From assembly GCA_964016885.1 (NCBI GenBank), contig OZ024742.1, forward strand, positions 143,964,001-144,028,000: 64,000 nucleotides of DNA, in the 5' to 3' direction. The translations under genes and the position numbers were made by a program. This document shows, piece after piece, positions 1-16,118 of the stretch. Origin of the DNA: Eledone cirrhosa. Taxonomy: Eukaryota. The notes beneath the pieces are model-generated. The model saw nothing but the letters and a program-made list of their open reading frames with translations. It did no database searches and was not told the DNA's origin. Position 1 is the stretch's first letter; each line of letters begins with the position of its first letter.

Positions 1-278
1 CTATCACCAAATGGGGGCTTGCACCAGTGACATCAACACGTCCGTTTTCAAATGGAGTTTGAAGTGGCACTAAAAAGTACCTGACTCACTTCAATATGTC
101 AACAAATTTGTTTTTGTTTCATCCTACTATATTACTGATAATCATTTCAGTGACCTCGAAGGAAATGAAATAGGACATTAAATCAACTAAAGTAAATTTC
201 AAATTCAAGAACTAAATGGAAACTTCAAACTTGCTGTGCAATAAATAATTATTCATTCTTATACATTACTATCTAGAT

Positions 279-2085
279 CAGAGATTCTCAAGCTAGGATA
301 CACAAGAGAAATTGGACAGGAAGGTGTATGAGTTTTGTAAAAACACTGGAATTTTTAAGTAATCATAGCCGATTAAATGTAACGTGTATTTTTTGTAAAC
401 ATGCAGTTGACAAGAACCATCACTGTACATTCTAAAGTAATTTTATTCATTTATTGTTATTTCCCTTTCTACCAAGTTGTTTTTTACACTAGAAGCCAAG
501 AAACCTCACACTCAAAGAAAAACTTATTTTTCTTATATTTTCGATAAGTGCTTTCGAACTTCTGTACATGAATTATTTGATTAAAAAATATAGTGAATAT
601 TGGAAGTCACATTTTTTATACATTTATATGAGTATAATGTCATCTGAACACACCTCAATCAGTATCATGTGCGTGCTTGTTGTATATTCTGCCAACTACT
701 AAAATATTAACTTTTTCACCTAGTAATTATGGTGCCCAGAGTGGAGAAAATAATCATACAATGAATTATACATCAAATTTGATTTCAACTGTATAAAAAA
801 AGGGAAAAAGATTTCTCAGAATGTGTTGTGTCATAAAGTTCTATCAAACGATTCAAAGAAACCAAACTTTCTTAAATGGCATTTCTCAATTGATCATTCT
901 GATCTAACTAACAAAGAATATTTGAACTAACCTATGTACCACATATACAATTGCTCTGAGAATTGCACCCCCAAAAAAAGAATTGTTTTGTCAATTCTAT
1001 GAAGTTTCCTTAGAGAAGGTTTGTCTTTTTTAAATGGAGTGTCAAATGTCAACTCCTGATATAAAGAACATGCACTATATGATACATAGGCATGCATTAG
1101 GTGCAAAAATGCTTCTACCAGCTGTCAAATCCATCCTTGATGATATTTTAAGAATAGTGAAGTTGGTCAAATCTAGTCCTCTGAACACAAAGAATTAAAT
1201 AGTGAGAAGGTAGCATTTTTGTTTCAGATAGAAGTGAGATGAAACTAGAGTTTAAATGTAAAAAAATTAACTAAAAGAATTCTTTTCCAAAAACCAAAAG
1301 GATAATGCAATTAAGTTTGCAGATAAATTTTAGGATAAAACAAAGAATCAAGTCCAAAGCTAGCTGAGCTATAAAGTATTTTCATATAATTCTATGCAAG
1401 CAACAAAGCAATTCGAGGCAACCTAGCTACTATTATAGACTTCATTGACAAATTAAAAATCATTTCTGATGAAACACCAGTTATAGAACAACAAACTGAA
1501 GGTAAGTTGTTACAATATATTTGAGAATATCAGTGAAAGTAGCCCAGAAGTATTGTTTCATGATGTAGGAAAGCAGATTTCTGTTTCCCTGATACTAGGG
1601 ATTAGGATTAGTAACTCACTCAACATCCATTAAAAATCAGCCCACCAGTTCCAGATAATCTGCAAAATGAATTTAAGAAATATATATATATCATAGAGCT
1701 TTTCGAAATTTCTTCCCTATAAACATTCTGTGCTTCAGAGGAAAGTCTTACTCATCTGTGTCTAAAATAAATGTGGAGAGCCTTTTGCTGTTCCCATCTA
1801 TGGTTGTGAACAAGGTTTATACTAAAAACAAATTTCTTACAAAAATGTCATTTAAGAATGATATACAAATGCATGTGTTTGAAACTGTGATTAGAATTGA
1901 GTTACTTGTTGGGAAGACCAATATTTACCTCTTTTATTTAAAATGTAACATTAATGTGAATGAAATTACTGACCAATAATGCATGTCTATAGTATATAAA
2001 CATTTTATACAATATTCTTTACAAAGGGAACACCATCAATAGTCAGGGTAAATGGCTAAGCTGGAAGAAAATGTTTGGGCAACTG
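279..2085 (+). mobile_element. Degenerate hAT (Charlie/FAM200-like) DNA transposon
   Basis: 8-bp direct repeat ATCTAGAT at 271-278 and 2086-2093 (fits the Charlie NTCTAGAN target). Degenerate CAG...CTG termini. Broken transposase motifs: zf-BED-like 'C..C.KVLSNDS.KP.FL..H' near 820-880 and 'H.MIHRHAL' near 1073-1100. Confidence 0.75.
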
Positions 2086-3010
2086 ATCTAGATTTTAAAG
2101 GAGTAGAAATTGGTAAGTAAAATAGACAATAGAGTGATGGAGATCTCTTTATATTTTGAGTTCAATGTCACCAGAGTCAACTTTGTCTTTCATCTTTTCA
2201 GTTGGTATGTAAATAAAATAAATGCTGTGTTCAATATAATGGACTATAACTTCCTCTCCCCCAATAAAAATGTGACCAGTGTCAATATCAGAAGAATAAA
2301 AAAAGACAAGAAAAAAGGGCAACATTGGAAATGGAGTTTATTGACAATTCTATTGAAATGTAGCATTAAAATAGCTCACACTTCTTTATTGTTTACAAAT
2401 GTGGCAATATTTTAGTAATTTTTTATTTTCATCATATGGAATTATCCTTCAATATAGATTTATTATAGATTATTCTTCAAAGTTTATATAATGTACAACA
2501 TAGTTGATCAAGGAATGTATCTCTACCATTATAATTCATAGCTATTATTTCTTTTATTTAAATATTTTTGTTGTATTTTACTATTTTTGTCTGGTTGTAT
2601 TTTTTACATTTATTTGCTCAAGATTTTTTCTTTCTAGGGAGGAGAAAGAGAAGAGAGGGAGGATGAAGAGAAGAAAGAAAAGAGTGAAAATAAAGAGAAT
2701 AGTGACAAAAATATGAAACAGAAACTAAAGCAAATAAAAACTGAATATTTACTCTGCTACAAACAGAAACAGTTTGGTCGAGATTGAATAAAAATTGATT
2801 AAAGGCAGGCACCCATGCAACTTACACACATATCTAAATGTTTCAAGTAAAGCTTCCAAATTATTGAAAAAAAAAAAAAATCAACCAACCCACTACATAT
2901 TGGTCCTTGTATTATTTGTTTGATAACATAAGTATACATGTATATATCATCCTCATCATACAACTGTTTTCCATGGTGACATGGGTTAGACAGGTCATTA
3001 CTGTCCAAGT

Positions 3011-3298
3011 CAGGCATAGGCAATCTTTTTCGAGAAGCGGGCCACATGAGATATGGCTCATCATCAGGCGGACCGCAAGCGCTAATTTACATTCGTGCCC
3101 ACATTAAAACAAAGGGTGGTAACTCAGATTATTTTGATTTGTTTCTTCAGAATTTGTACACATTTTCCTCAATCGTAAAAATGATAGAAAGATAAATTAC
3201 GACTGAAAAGTTGGGGTAGAAAAATCAGAAAGATTTCACTTAGGTGACTTAGGCGAGCCATTCAGAAAGCTTCGCGGGCCGCAGGTTGCCCATGACTG
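3011..3298. mobile_element. hAT-type MITE
   Basis: Termini CAGGCATAGGCAA / TTGCCCATGACTG with subterminal GCGGGCC motifs. The flanking 8-mers match only partly (gtccaagt / gaataagt). Confidence 0.6.
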
Positions 3299-3739
3299 GA
3301 ATAAGTCATTTTTTATTTGGAGTTACTGTCCTCTTAGACAGGTCATAAGACCATGTCACACCTTCCAATTTTGGCATGGTTTCTATGGCTGGATTCTTTT
3401 CTTTGCTCCAAGTATGACACCAGCATGATGTTTTTGTATCATGTTTTTGACAAGACCAAAGAATCCTCTCTACCTTATGTTGTCTCAGTTTGATCATCAA
3501 CCCATTTGCAGAGTGTAATGAGTTCAGTTTATTGTGGCACCAGTACTAAAAAGGTTTTATTGTCTAAAGCAAATGTTATTGAGAATGGGGTTTAAATGGA
3601 GGTGATGATCAAATGTTGAAAAAGAAGAGAGTTTGAGCTGAGTGTAAAATGGGAAATAGAGTGATAAGATGGTAGAGAAGTGTAAATGAAAGTGGTGAGT
3701 AGGAAGTTGAATAGGAAAGCTGCATGAGCAATGTGACAT

Positions 3740-4398
3740 GATCATCGTCATTTTTATGTCTATTTTACCCCACTTACATGGGTTGGATGGGTCCTTTTCA
3801 GCACAACATTTCTCCACTCACCATATTGCTTCATTATCTCTGTAAGTCTTGGGCGGTGGATTGGCAGTATCGGTAGAGGGTCGAACGCCATGCTTTCCAG
3901 CATAGTTATGTCCCTTTACGATCTGAGTTCAAATCCCGCCGAGGTTGACTTTGCCTTTCATCCTTACGGGGGGTCGATAAAATAAAGTACCAGTAATGCA
4001 CTGGGTAATTGCTGGCCTTGTGCCTAAAGTAGAAACAATTATCTCTGTAAGTCTTAGCAATTTAAGATCAGCACTCACCACCTCTGCCCAGGTCTTCGAT
4101 AGTTTGCCTCTACTACAGTTTCCTTCTACTGGGATTTCCTAGCGCTTCTTCACCCAGAAATCATCATCCATGCACGCCATATGTCCATATGAATGCAGCT
4201 TTCTCTCTTGCACACCATTTCTGATTCCTCTTAAACCTAACTTCTCCCTCAATTCATTCAAGCTTTGCCTTTCTCTCACATTTACATTGCACATCCAATG
4301 AAGCATGGTTGCTTCATTTCTTTCCAGCCTACGCATGTCCACTGCCAATGTTTCTGTCTTTTTGTATGCAGGGAGAAACCTTTTGTAGTCAACAGTGG
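3740..4398 (-). mobile_element. RTE LINE 3' fragment (interrupted by a SINE)
   Basis: ORF 4139-4348 'RRLERNEATMLHWMCN...LREKLG' matches the C-terminus of the 9346-11397 RTE ORF. A CAT-type tail lies near 3740. Confidence 0.8.
3851..4037 (+). mobile_element. tRNA-derived SINE (family B, conserved GCCTTTCATCC...GGGGTCGATAAAAT domain)
   Basis: A-box-like TGGCAGTATCGG and B-box GAGTTCAAATCC. Perfect 18-bp TSD ATTATCTCTGTAAGTCTT at 3833-3850 and 4038-4055. Confidence 0.85.
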
Positions 4399-4490
4399 GA
4401 GAAGAAGAAGAAGAAGAAGAAGAAGAAGAAGAAGAAGAAGAAGAAGAAGAAGAAGAAAAAGAAGAAGAAGAAGAAGAAGAAGAAGAAGAA
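4399..4490. repeat. (GAA)n microsatellite
   Basis: About 30 near-perfect GAA units. Confidence 0.97.
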
Positions 4491-4519
4491 AAAAGTGCTC
4501 ACCTTTTTTCAAATTTTTT

Positions 4520-5135
4520 ATTGACTGGCATTTTTTAACATTAAGAAAATTTTACAAGTCAAAATAATCGTTATCATTTGTGATTACTGTCTGCCATCGT
4601 TTAGGAAGGCATATGATTCTATCCCTGTAGAATTCTTCTTGCTTCAATGCAAAAAATTCCGTCAGCCACTTATTTAACTGATCTTCATTGGTGAAGGTCT
4701 TTGACTGCATTACATTACTCCTTGAGAGAAAAAGGTGATAGCCTGTAGGCTCAGGGTTGGGTGAATATAGGAGGTGGGGCAGAACCTCCCAACCTAGCTC
4801 CATCAGCTTCTCATGAATGAAACTTGATGTATGTGACTGAGCATCTCTGGCACTATGTTCAGATGTGGAGTGTGAGCGAAATGCATGCATTGTTAATGCG
4901 ACAACTCGATGCTGCTGCACTTAAGCTAGGTTTGAAGTCATAAAGTAAACAGCCACAAATAAACGATTTGGATAGATCCAGGTTACTTCTCCTTTCAGAA
5001 AATGAGAAATACACATAGTGCATATCAACGTGACTTCTTATATATGTGCATATGCACAACTTTCAGCATTGCCACAAAACTCTACCAAAATACCACCTTT
5101 TGAAAAGTGGCGGGAACTTTCTGTCCAATCCAATA
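4520..5135 (-). mobile_element. Degenerate mariner transposon
   Basis: ORF 4552-4920 'LGWEVLPHLLYSPNPEPTGYHLF...FYRDRIICLPKRWQTVI' is the mariner HPPYSPDLAPSDYHLF region. A TIR-like TATTGGATTGGACAGAAAGTTCC ends near 5135. Confidence 0.85.
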
Positions 5136-5771
5136 GGCTTGAAAGAATTTTTGATTTTCAACTGGAAAATTAGAACAATCTTCAAAAATGTCATTGCATA
5201 ATAATACCTAGATTTATTTAACCATGAGGGAAAATAAAAAACAATAGAAATAAAAAGAAAAGCACTTCGTAATTAACTTTGTTTGCTTGCTTCTTTGTCA
5301 TGCTTTTTAAATGTGCTGAGCAACTGACATAAAATTAGATATTAGATATTAGTTTCAACTGGAAAAAAAAAAAATCAATAAATTTGTTGCGAAAAAAATA
5401 AAACATTTTTTCTCTACAAGTTTTATGAAACTAGAAAGAAGAAAATGATTAATAATATAAAAACAATACGGAATCGTAGTTTAATGATTAAACACAAAGT
5501 GAGTTTTTTTTTTTCTTGTTTCCAGAGAATTGTGTAAAATAAATAAAAGAAAGAAAAATGACGCCTGAAAATTTCTTGTTGTCCTCTCAATTTAGCAACT
5601 ATAGAAGATATTTTCTTACTGCTTAATCAGGAAAGTAAAGGCAGTGTAAATGACACTTTAATTTTTTAGGGCCTCCAAAAACTGATGGCAAGAATGGAGG
5701 AAGTTATCCTCAAACCATGAGATTGTTGGTGACTCAAGTGATTCCCATGAGAGTGCTTGGTTATTCTAGTG

Positions 5772-5909
5772 CAAGGTTTCCCAAACTTTTTCAAACATGG
5801 AACCCTTTTTGGTTCAGAAACTTTTTGGGTCGTAATATAAATATACTCCTCTACCTTTTTTCACAGAACCCCAGACACTCATTCGTGGAACCCACTTTGG
5901 AAACCACTG
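5772..5909. mobile_element. hAT (MER5/Charlie-like) MITE
   Basis: TIRs CAAGGTTTCCCAAAC / TTTGGAAACCACTG. Perfect 8-bp TSD TTCTAGTG at 5764-5771 and 5910-5917. Confidence 0.85.
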
Positions 5910-6399
5910 TTCTAGTGCATTAGCCTCACTATTGCTCCCAGTAATGCTGTGAGTGTGTTGCCTCAAAATTTATTAGAGGGAGGTTCCAGCTCCCCTGTGG
6001 TTATATGTATATAAATAAGGTTGATGTTACTTTAAAGTCTAGTTTCAGATATTAAATATTACTCAGCACACATACATAACCAGAGTCTTCACTTGAATTC
6101 TAGCATCAGAGTGATGTCTGTTAAAGAACCCCAGAGTGCCAGATAGCAATGTTAAACTGGGCAACAGATTGAGATTACCACCAAAGTGCTCAGAAAACAA
6201 AGAGCTGGAACAAATACCAAATACCACAAGTCATTTTCTTCTATCCTCCATGAACTCTGCCAATCTACTGCCTTATAAAATATACATTAACTTTTATTTT
6301 GGTCTGGTTTATTATAATTATCACCATTGGTATTATTAGTATATGGAATTTAATTTCTATATATCGTATATGTAACCAGACCTCACAAATATTTATTGT

Positions 6400-6815
6400 C
6401 ATTGTTGTTGAGTTTAAATCCAGGTTAAGCCTGATCCATCAAATCTATGAGCAAAAACATTTCAGCCATGAACATGATATTATTTTAGGAGTATGTAGGA
6501 AGGTGTATATGAGGTGTTATTTTACTTTACTAAGATGGCCAGGAGGGGGTCTTAGGAGATTTGGCTGCTATTTTAAGCCAAGAAACAATGTAAGGTCTTT
6601 TGTGTTGGTTCAAATTATTGTTGTTTGGACCGAAGTCAAGCTTGATCAGACAGATAATAATTATAAGCAGTCCAGCTGTGATTATCTTGTCTTTTTATCA
6701 GTATCTAGTTTTACATTATGCAATATAATCTTTCCTAATTTAAGATAGGGGTGATTTGAGAGATATTTGGGCACTATTTTTAGTATGTTGAGCTAGAATT
6801 ACAGATTCCCTTATT
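6400..6815. repeat. Two tandem copies of an old unclassified interspersed repeat
   Basis: Two related ~200-bp units (...ccagg..agc.tgatc...gagatttggctgctattt...). Similar units recur at about 53070-53480. Confidence 0.45.
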
Positions 6816-7167
6816 GGCTCATATTGTAAGCAGATCTTGTATTGTAGGTTGAAATAAAAGACAGTAAGAAATATGCATCTCAATTTTTTCTGCTAGTCAA
6901 AATAACAAAAAAGGACAGGGAAGGGGTGGAGTACAAAACAGATGATAATTGGATAAGGCAAGTAAATGTATGACATATTGGTGAGTAGACATTTTATTAG
7001 TATTGTGTGACTAAAAACTGTTGCCACATATATATTAAATAAAAGTGCGTGTGTATGTATATATATATATATATCCATTTCCACCAAGTGTGAACCTAAT
7101 ATAACTGTAAAATTGCCTCCTGTGTTTTGTTTGTTTCATTTATTAACTATATATATATATGTGTGTG

Positions 7168-7203
<36 letters not shown>

Positions 7204-7265
7204 TTTTACATCTGCTTTTCCATGCTTTCATGGGTTGTAGTTACACATCTAACTAATACATATTT

Positions 7266-8470
7266 ATCATCATCATCATCATCATCAACGTTTAACGTCC
7301 GTGTTCCACGCTTGCATGGGTTTGGACGGGGGTTTTCCCACTTGAGGCAAGAGTGATTGTCTTGCTCGCATAGGACTGTCTGGCGGGTTTTCTACAGTTG
7401 GATGCCCTTCCTAACACCAACCACATTTACAGTGTGGGGCTGGGAGGTTTTTACCGTGTTACCTACACGGCCACATTACAGCGTGGACTGTGTGTTTTTT
7501 TGTCGTGACACCTACACGATCTCATTTGTTTCGGCCTGGATGTTGTGGCACCAACATAACTTTACATTGAAAGGGGCGGTGTAGATGGGGGGGGGGGTAT
7601 TTTGTTAGAGATGCCTACTGACTGTAGTAGGTTTTACTTTGTATTTAGGTAAGGCGGGTCTTCTCTATTACTGAGTACCGCCAAAGGTCTCGGTCCAGTG
7701 ACATTGTCTTGGAGAGGTGTAAGCGTGTGAGGTCGGAATTTATCAGCTCGTCCCAGGTTTTTCTGGGTCTGCCTACTCCGTGGCTACCGTCTATCTTTAT
7801 TGCCCTGCACTTTGTTATACAGCTGTCGTCTTTCATGCGCATCACGTGACCATACCAACGTAGCCTTCTCTCGAGTAAACAACATCTGATCCCTCTTATT
7901 TCTAATTTTTTCCTTAGTTCGTTTATGCTTTGCCGTTCACGTATATTACTATTACACATCCAGCGGAGCATGCAAGCTTCGTTCCTCTCTAGTCTGCATA
8001 TATCCTCTGCACACAATGCCCAGGTCTCACTGCCATGCAACATTGCTGTTCGTATGCAGGCATCATACAACCTGCCTTTCATTTTTAGGGAGAACCCTCT
8101 AGCGGCTAATAGTGGTATAAGCTCTGTGAACTTTTTCCATCCAGTTCTGACTCTAGCTACTGTACTTTCAGAGCACCCTCCCCCACTGCTGATTTTGTCA
8201 CCCAGGTAACGGAAGCTGTCCACTATTTCTATAGAACCCTCTGCGCAATTGAAAGAGCTAGTATTTTGTGGGCACTTGCTGCTACTTATTGCACCAGAGC
8301 ACCGGCCACATGTAAAATCTATGTTCTTAGTTAGCTTACCTGTGATCCCACTACATCTTTTATGCACCCATACTTTGCATTTGGGACATAAAATGGAGTT
8401 TCTACCTACGCCTTTCCTACACACTGAGCATGGCCATTTCCCGGAAGGGACCGCCGCCTTATTTTCTTTC
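7266..8470 (-). mobile_element. 5'-truncated RTE LINE
   Basis: Open ORF 7645-~8470 with a Cys-rich finger, 'FRYLG', 'LHGSETW', 'RRLRWYGHVMR' and 'GRPRKTW'. 3' UTR with (CAT)n tail at 7266-7290. Confidence 0.92.
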
Positions 8471-8628
8471 TTATGTATATATATATACATATATGTGTAT
8501 GCATTAGTTAGATGTGTAACTACAGTTACAGGCAAGCACCGTTCGAAGCAGTCAATGATGTTATAAGGTCCATCTCATGGGGGCCGTATTCCTCAGTTAA
8601 GGCAACTGTAGTTTGCAGAGTATAAATT

Positions 8629-11346
<2,718 letters not shown>

Positions 11347-11348
11347 CT

Positions 11349-11380
<32 letters not shown>

Positions 11381-11479
11381 TACATGCATGAATGCATGTA
11401 TGTATGTTTTCTCTCTGAATTCTGAGTATATTTTTGACTGGCTACTTTCCTGAAAGCAATGTTGTAAAGAAAAGAAAAT

Positions 11480-13860
11480 TTTCATTGTCCTTTGTACAAA
11501 TTGTTTCTCCTTTGAATCGTAAAAATATTTGACAGATTTTGAAGGTTCCAGCTATCACAGCCATTTGTAACTTATGAATTAAGGAGCTACGTTCTTTTTC
11601 CACAAATGCAAGTTCTGTCAGGCAGATTGGTATATATCCTGTAGCTCCAGGTGTATATCATGTAGCTCCAATAATAGGTATGAAATTTAACTTATATGTT
11701 GAGTACTGTAAACTCCTCGTCAAACGTCCATAGGTATTCTCCTTTTCTTACATTTTTCCTACCATATTGATATCAAATGGGCAGCTGACTTCTACAACAC
11801 AGCAGATTTTTAATGTGTGATCCCAAACAACAATATCAAGCTGGTTATATTTTAATTTGGTGGCAGTTTTAAAAAATGTTTTTAGGCTTCACCAGTAATA
11901 CTTTGAGCAGTCAGTATCAACACATTCCTCCCTATTTGCTTTTAATTTCATCTTCTGTAGTGCATTTCAGATTATTCTGGCTACCACACCATGCTTCTTG
12001 GAGAGGTAGTAATGAGAATAATTGAGAATAATGTGGATAACATCTTTGTTTTGTACAGTCTACTGAATACTTTCTTATTTTTTTTTGCAGTAGCTACTTG
12101 GTGGGGATTACGTGTTCTTAGATTTCATGGTGGTATCTCTCAAGGTAGGATGTTATGAACTTGTCAGAACTTTATGTTGGACTTTTAGTTTGGTTCATCC
12201 CCTCTAGGGTCTGACTTTTTCTTCTCAAAGAAAACTTCTTAATGAACTGGTCCATTTTAAAAACTTTATTTGAGCATTTAGTAGAGTCTTCCAATGTTCA
12301 TGGGAAAGAGGTTTCTGTCAGCTTTTATTTCATGTCTCTTCTTGATCAGTAGCTATCTGACCATTGTTATTTTCATGCTTTTAAACCTAGGCAAGATTTT
12401 TCTTCTGTTGAAGATGTTGCTTCAGTCTTACTACCTGAGTTTTGTATGATGTTAATATGTATTTTAGGCCCTATCCACCCTCCTTGCATGAGAAATATAG
12501 CCTATCTACATCACCATTGATGTTAAAGTTTCCAATAACTCTGAACAGTTTGTGAGTCCTTATATCTATCTTGCTCAGTTCTTGCATTGACCAGTTCAGC
12601 AGGCCCAGTGTTGGCGTTGGATGGGCATAGCAAAAGTATTATGAGCAAAGTGCTTGTTATATACTGAGAGTTCTGATGACCATATTCTCTTTACACTTCT
12701 AGGCTATTTATTCTTGTGCCTCCTTATTTATGGGTCCATCATATCTAACATTCTCATCCTCTTCAAGATACCTATAGTTGTCACCTGACTAGAGGTATTG
12801 TTAAGCTGTTCATTTTTAGATTTACAGAGGATGGCACAACCTTTCCACATTTTATCAAAAATGTGTATTAGGACTCACCCAGGTCGTCAACAAAGAAAAG
12901 ATGGGAGATACTCTATGAGCACTATGCTTTGTGAGCAGGTATGGTAGCGGATTTAAGAAGAGGACAGAGAGAAGCACTGACAAGCGATCACTCTGCAAAG
13001 TAACGTTTTGGTATTGTTTGGTATGAGACTCATATTGTTTCTTATCACCCCTAAGGAGAAAAGTGGTGTACCAAGTGTTGGTCAGGCTTTAGATAGCATC
13101 GACTAGTGGTAAAGACCTGATAATCCACCCATGTATTATACTATCAAAGACATTCTGGTAATCCAACCACACTATAGCCAATTTCCCATGATTCTTCAGT
13201 TTTCTTCTTTTGTTAATTAGTAGCTGCTCTATACAGCCCCACACTTCCTTCTTTCCCCCAGCTTACTCAAGTGTTATGATGTTGCTGCAATAGATTGAGA
13301 CACTCAGTGTATAATTTGTACATGATGTTCTGGCATTCTATTGGGTGGTAATTTATAACATGGTTGGTCTGGTTGTATTTTGAGATGAGGAGAATAACAA
13401 TTTCTAGTAAAGGCACAAGGCCAGTAATTTGGGGGAGGGGAAAGTCGATTAAATCAACTCCAGTATGGATGAAAGGCAAAGTTAAACTCAGCAGGATTTG
13501 AACTCAGACCGTAAAGAGCCGTAACTCTATGCTGCAAAGCATGGTGTCCGACTCTCTACCGATACTGCCAATCCACCACCTTAGATGAGGAGAATAATTA
13601 CAGTTGATAGCCATTGGGGTAGTTCTTTTGTGCCCTTGATACATTTTTAATACAACTATATAAGATCTCGCCAATAAAAAGTGAGATTCTTACACCACTA
13701 ACCTGATATGAAGTTAGGGCCTGGAGATTTCTTGTTTGACATTTTCTGCAGAGCTGTTACCTGTATGGCACTGCCTATTTCAATATTTGTTGAACAGTTC
13801 TTTTAGCCATACAGCTTGTTTGTTGGACTCATTGGTCGGTCGAAGGAGACTTATATGTTT
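11480..13860 (-). mobile_element. Degenerate R4/Dong-like (restriction-like endonuclease) LINE
   Basis: Minus-strand remnants: 'WLDYQNVFDSIIHGWI' (~13120-13170), 'VDRLYFSCKEGG*GL' (~12465-12510) and REL-type 'NQLDIVVWD....CCVVEVSCPFD' (~11775-11850). Confidence 0.75.
13398..13582 (-). mobile_element. Family B tRNA SINE inserted in the R4-like LINE
   Basis: Homologous to 3851-4037. 15-bp TSD AGATGAGGAGAATAA at 13383-13397 and 13583-13597. Confidence 0.85.
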
Positions 13861-14109
13861 ATCCATTATTCATTGATATTTGTATTTAATTTTCAAAATA
13901 GATGATTGAAAGTTTTAATAAAGTTTTGAAAGCATTAAATTTAAAGTTGTTCACAGCTTGGGTAATCTTTCCTTTCAGATTGTTAATCCTACAATTACAT
14001 TTAAACACAATTCACCACATAAATATATATATATATATTTATGTGGTGAATTGTTTTAAAATATGTGTAATGTTACAACACCGTGTGTATTTATATAAAA
14101 ATATTATAA

Positions 14110-14551
14110 ACAGGTTTCTCTCTGCATATGAAAGGCCAGTTATATGATGCCTGTCTGAGATGGGCAATGCTGCATGGTATTGAGACATGGGCAGCAACTG
14201 CTGAGGATATGTGTCGGCTGGAGAGAAATGAAGCAAGTATGCTCCATTGGATGTACAATGTCAATATGCATGAATGACCAAGCATAGATGAGTTGAGAGA
14301 GAAACTGTGTATAAGAGGCATAAGTTGTAGGGTGCAGGAGAGAAGACTGTGATGGTATGGACATGTGATGTGCATAGAGCAAGACCACGTAAAATATGGG
14401 TGAAGGTGGTGAAAGCTGACCTCAGACCGCTGAAGCTCACGGAGGAGATGATGAAGGACCGTAACAAGTGGAGAGATACTGTGCTGAATAGGGCCCATCC
14501 CACCCTTGCAAGCAGGGAAAAGTGGACGTAAAATGATGATGATGATGATGT
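14110..14551 (+). mobile_element. RTE LINE 3' fragment
   Basis: Degenerate 'LHGIETW...RLERNEASMLHWM' and 'RPRKIW' coding remnants, ending in a GACGTAAAATGATGATG tail. Confidence 0.85.
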
Positions 14552-15533
14552 AATGTTTAAACACCTATGCAGAAATATTTGTATGTAATCTTACAGCATT
14601 CTGTAACACAACCTTTTCATATGTTATGTTGTCTTCAAATATGCAGTAATTACATACATCTAAGTAACTAACTGATCTCAGTGGTTGCCATTTTATGCAT
14701 ATATATATTTAAATCATGCAAAACTATATTCTGGTATGAGAGCTAAAGAGGTCCGGTGATGTTTGTGTGATCTTGTCTCATTCATTTTCATTTTCTCCAT
14801 TTTCTTCCTTTCCTCCTCTCCTCCTATCACTTTTGCAGACCAACACACTTCTAGCAATTGATTCCTGTCCTTTAAGGAAAGATTTGACCCAGCGCCATCA
14901 TTGATGGCATTTTGCTGTTTTGGCAGGCATCCTTGCATTGAGTTTTTCTCATTATTCTATAAATTTTAATACACACACACCTTAACTTGATCTTCGAGAA
15001 AACTTTGTTTGTATATATACACACACAATGTAGTAAATAGAATATCCAAAGATGTGGAGAGGACTCAATTTTATGTGAAGAGTTATAATGTGTCTTTATA
15101 TGGTACAGGGCTTACAAATTAGAGTTACATATATTTCAAGGTTGGTTGAGTCTGAAGTTTTGTCAAGCAAACCTTTTGTAAACCATTAGGACTTCATAGA
15201 AGAAGAGGCGAGAAAAAGAGGTGAGATTTATGTGGAAAGCAGAAGAAAGTGAAGTCAATAAGCAGAGACTTTCATTTGGAGTTAACTCCGCTCTGTGGTG
15301 TTGGCAGATTTTAAAATGTGTGTTCAGTTGGGAAGCATTATTGATTGTCTATGTGTATGACTATCTGCTTAATCTTATATTATGTTGTTTGTGGGTGGTG
15401 TTTTCATTTTTAAAAATAAAGTAATATTTATTTGGGGTTAAGTGAATTCCACGATCATATTTTGCAAGTAATTTTTAATTTTCCCTCATGATTCAGAAAT
15501 GCTTGACATGATAAGATAGTTTTAGAAAACGAA

Positions 15534-15845
15534 ACTTACCAGAAAAAAAAATCTAAATAATCTGTTAGAATGTTTTAAGTTTGCATGTCTGACATATATG
15601 CGTAGCTTGTGAATAAAAAATTCAAGGGGTTTTGTTGGCCGTGGTGATCCATGCCAAACATCTTTGTAGTGTATCGTCTTATTGGCTAATTTCATCGTCT
15701 TATTGGCTAATCAACCAATGAGAGTAATTGTTGCTCAAAAGCATCCGCCACTTTGTTTGCACGTTTATTTATCGTTTCGCTTTCGAATCTTCCTCCTGTA
15801 TTTCGTCTTTTTTATCATCAAAATATTTTTATCGTTTTGGTAAGT
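15534..15845. promoter_or_regulatory. Candidate bidirectional promoter with three CCAAT boxes between two outward-facing splice donors
   Basis: ATTGG at 15681 and 15702, CCAAT at 15715. G|GTAAGT on + at 15840-15845 and on - at 15534-15539. Non-repetitive sequence with retained CpGs. Confidence 0.5.
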
Positions 15846-16118
15846 TATATTGTTAATTTATATATGATTTTTTGAATTTATATTTACTATTTTTTTTTCA
15901 GTTCGTTATAACATGCTTATAATATTGGTTGTATCATATTTACTTGTATATTTGTCCATATTATTGTTCATTTTATGTTAGATTATTTTATTATTGTTAT
16001 GTTAGATTATTTTTTTTATTATTATGTTAGACTATTTGTATGTAATATAGAAACAATTATTAATATATATCATGTTTAACTAGAGTTATTACAAGCGTTG
16101 CCTTAAAAAAAATATTAA

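Noticed and set aside
4265-4567. Poly-Arg/Lys/Leu ORFs
   Set aside because: They come from the (GAA)n microsatellite.
14714-14938. 74-aa ORF as an exon of the leftward transcript
   Set aside because: No recognisable homology and no convincing splice-site pair. It cannot be supported.
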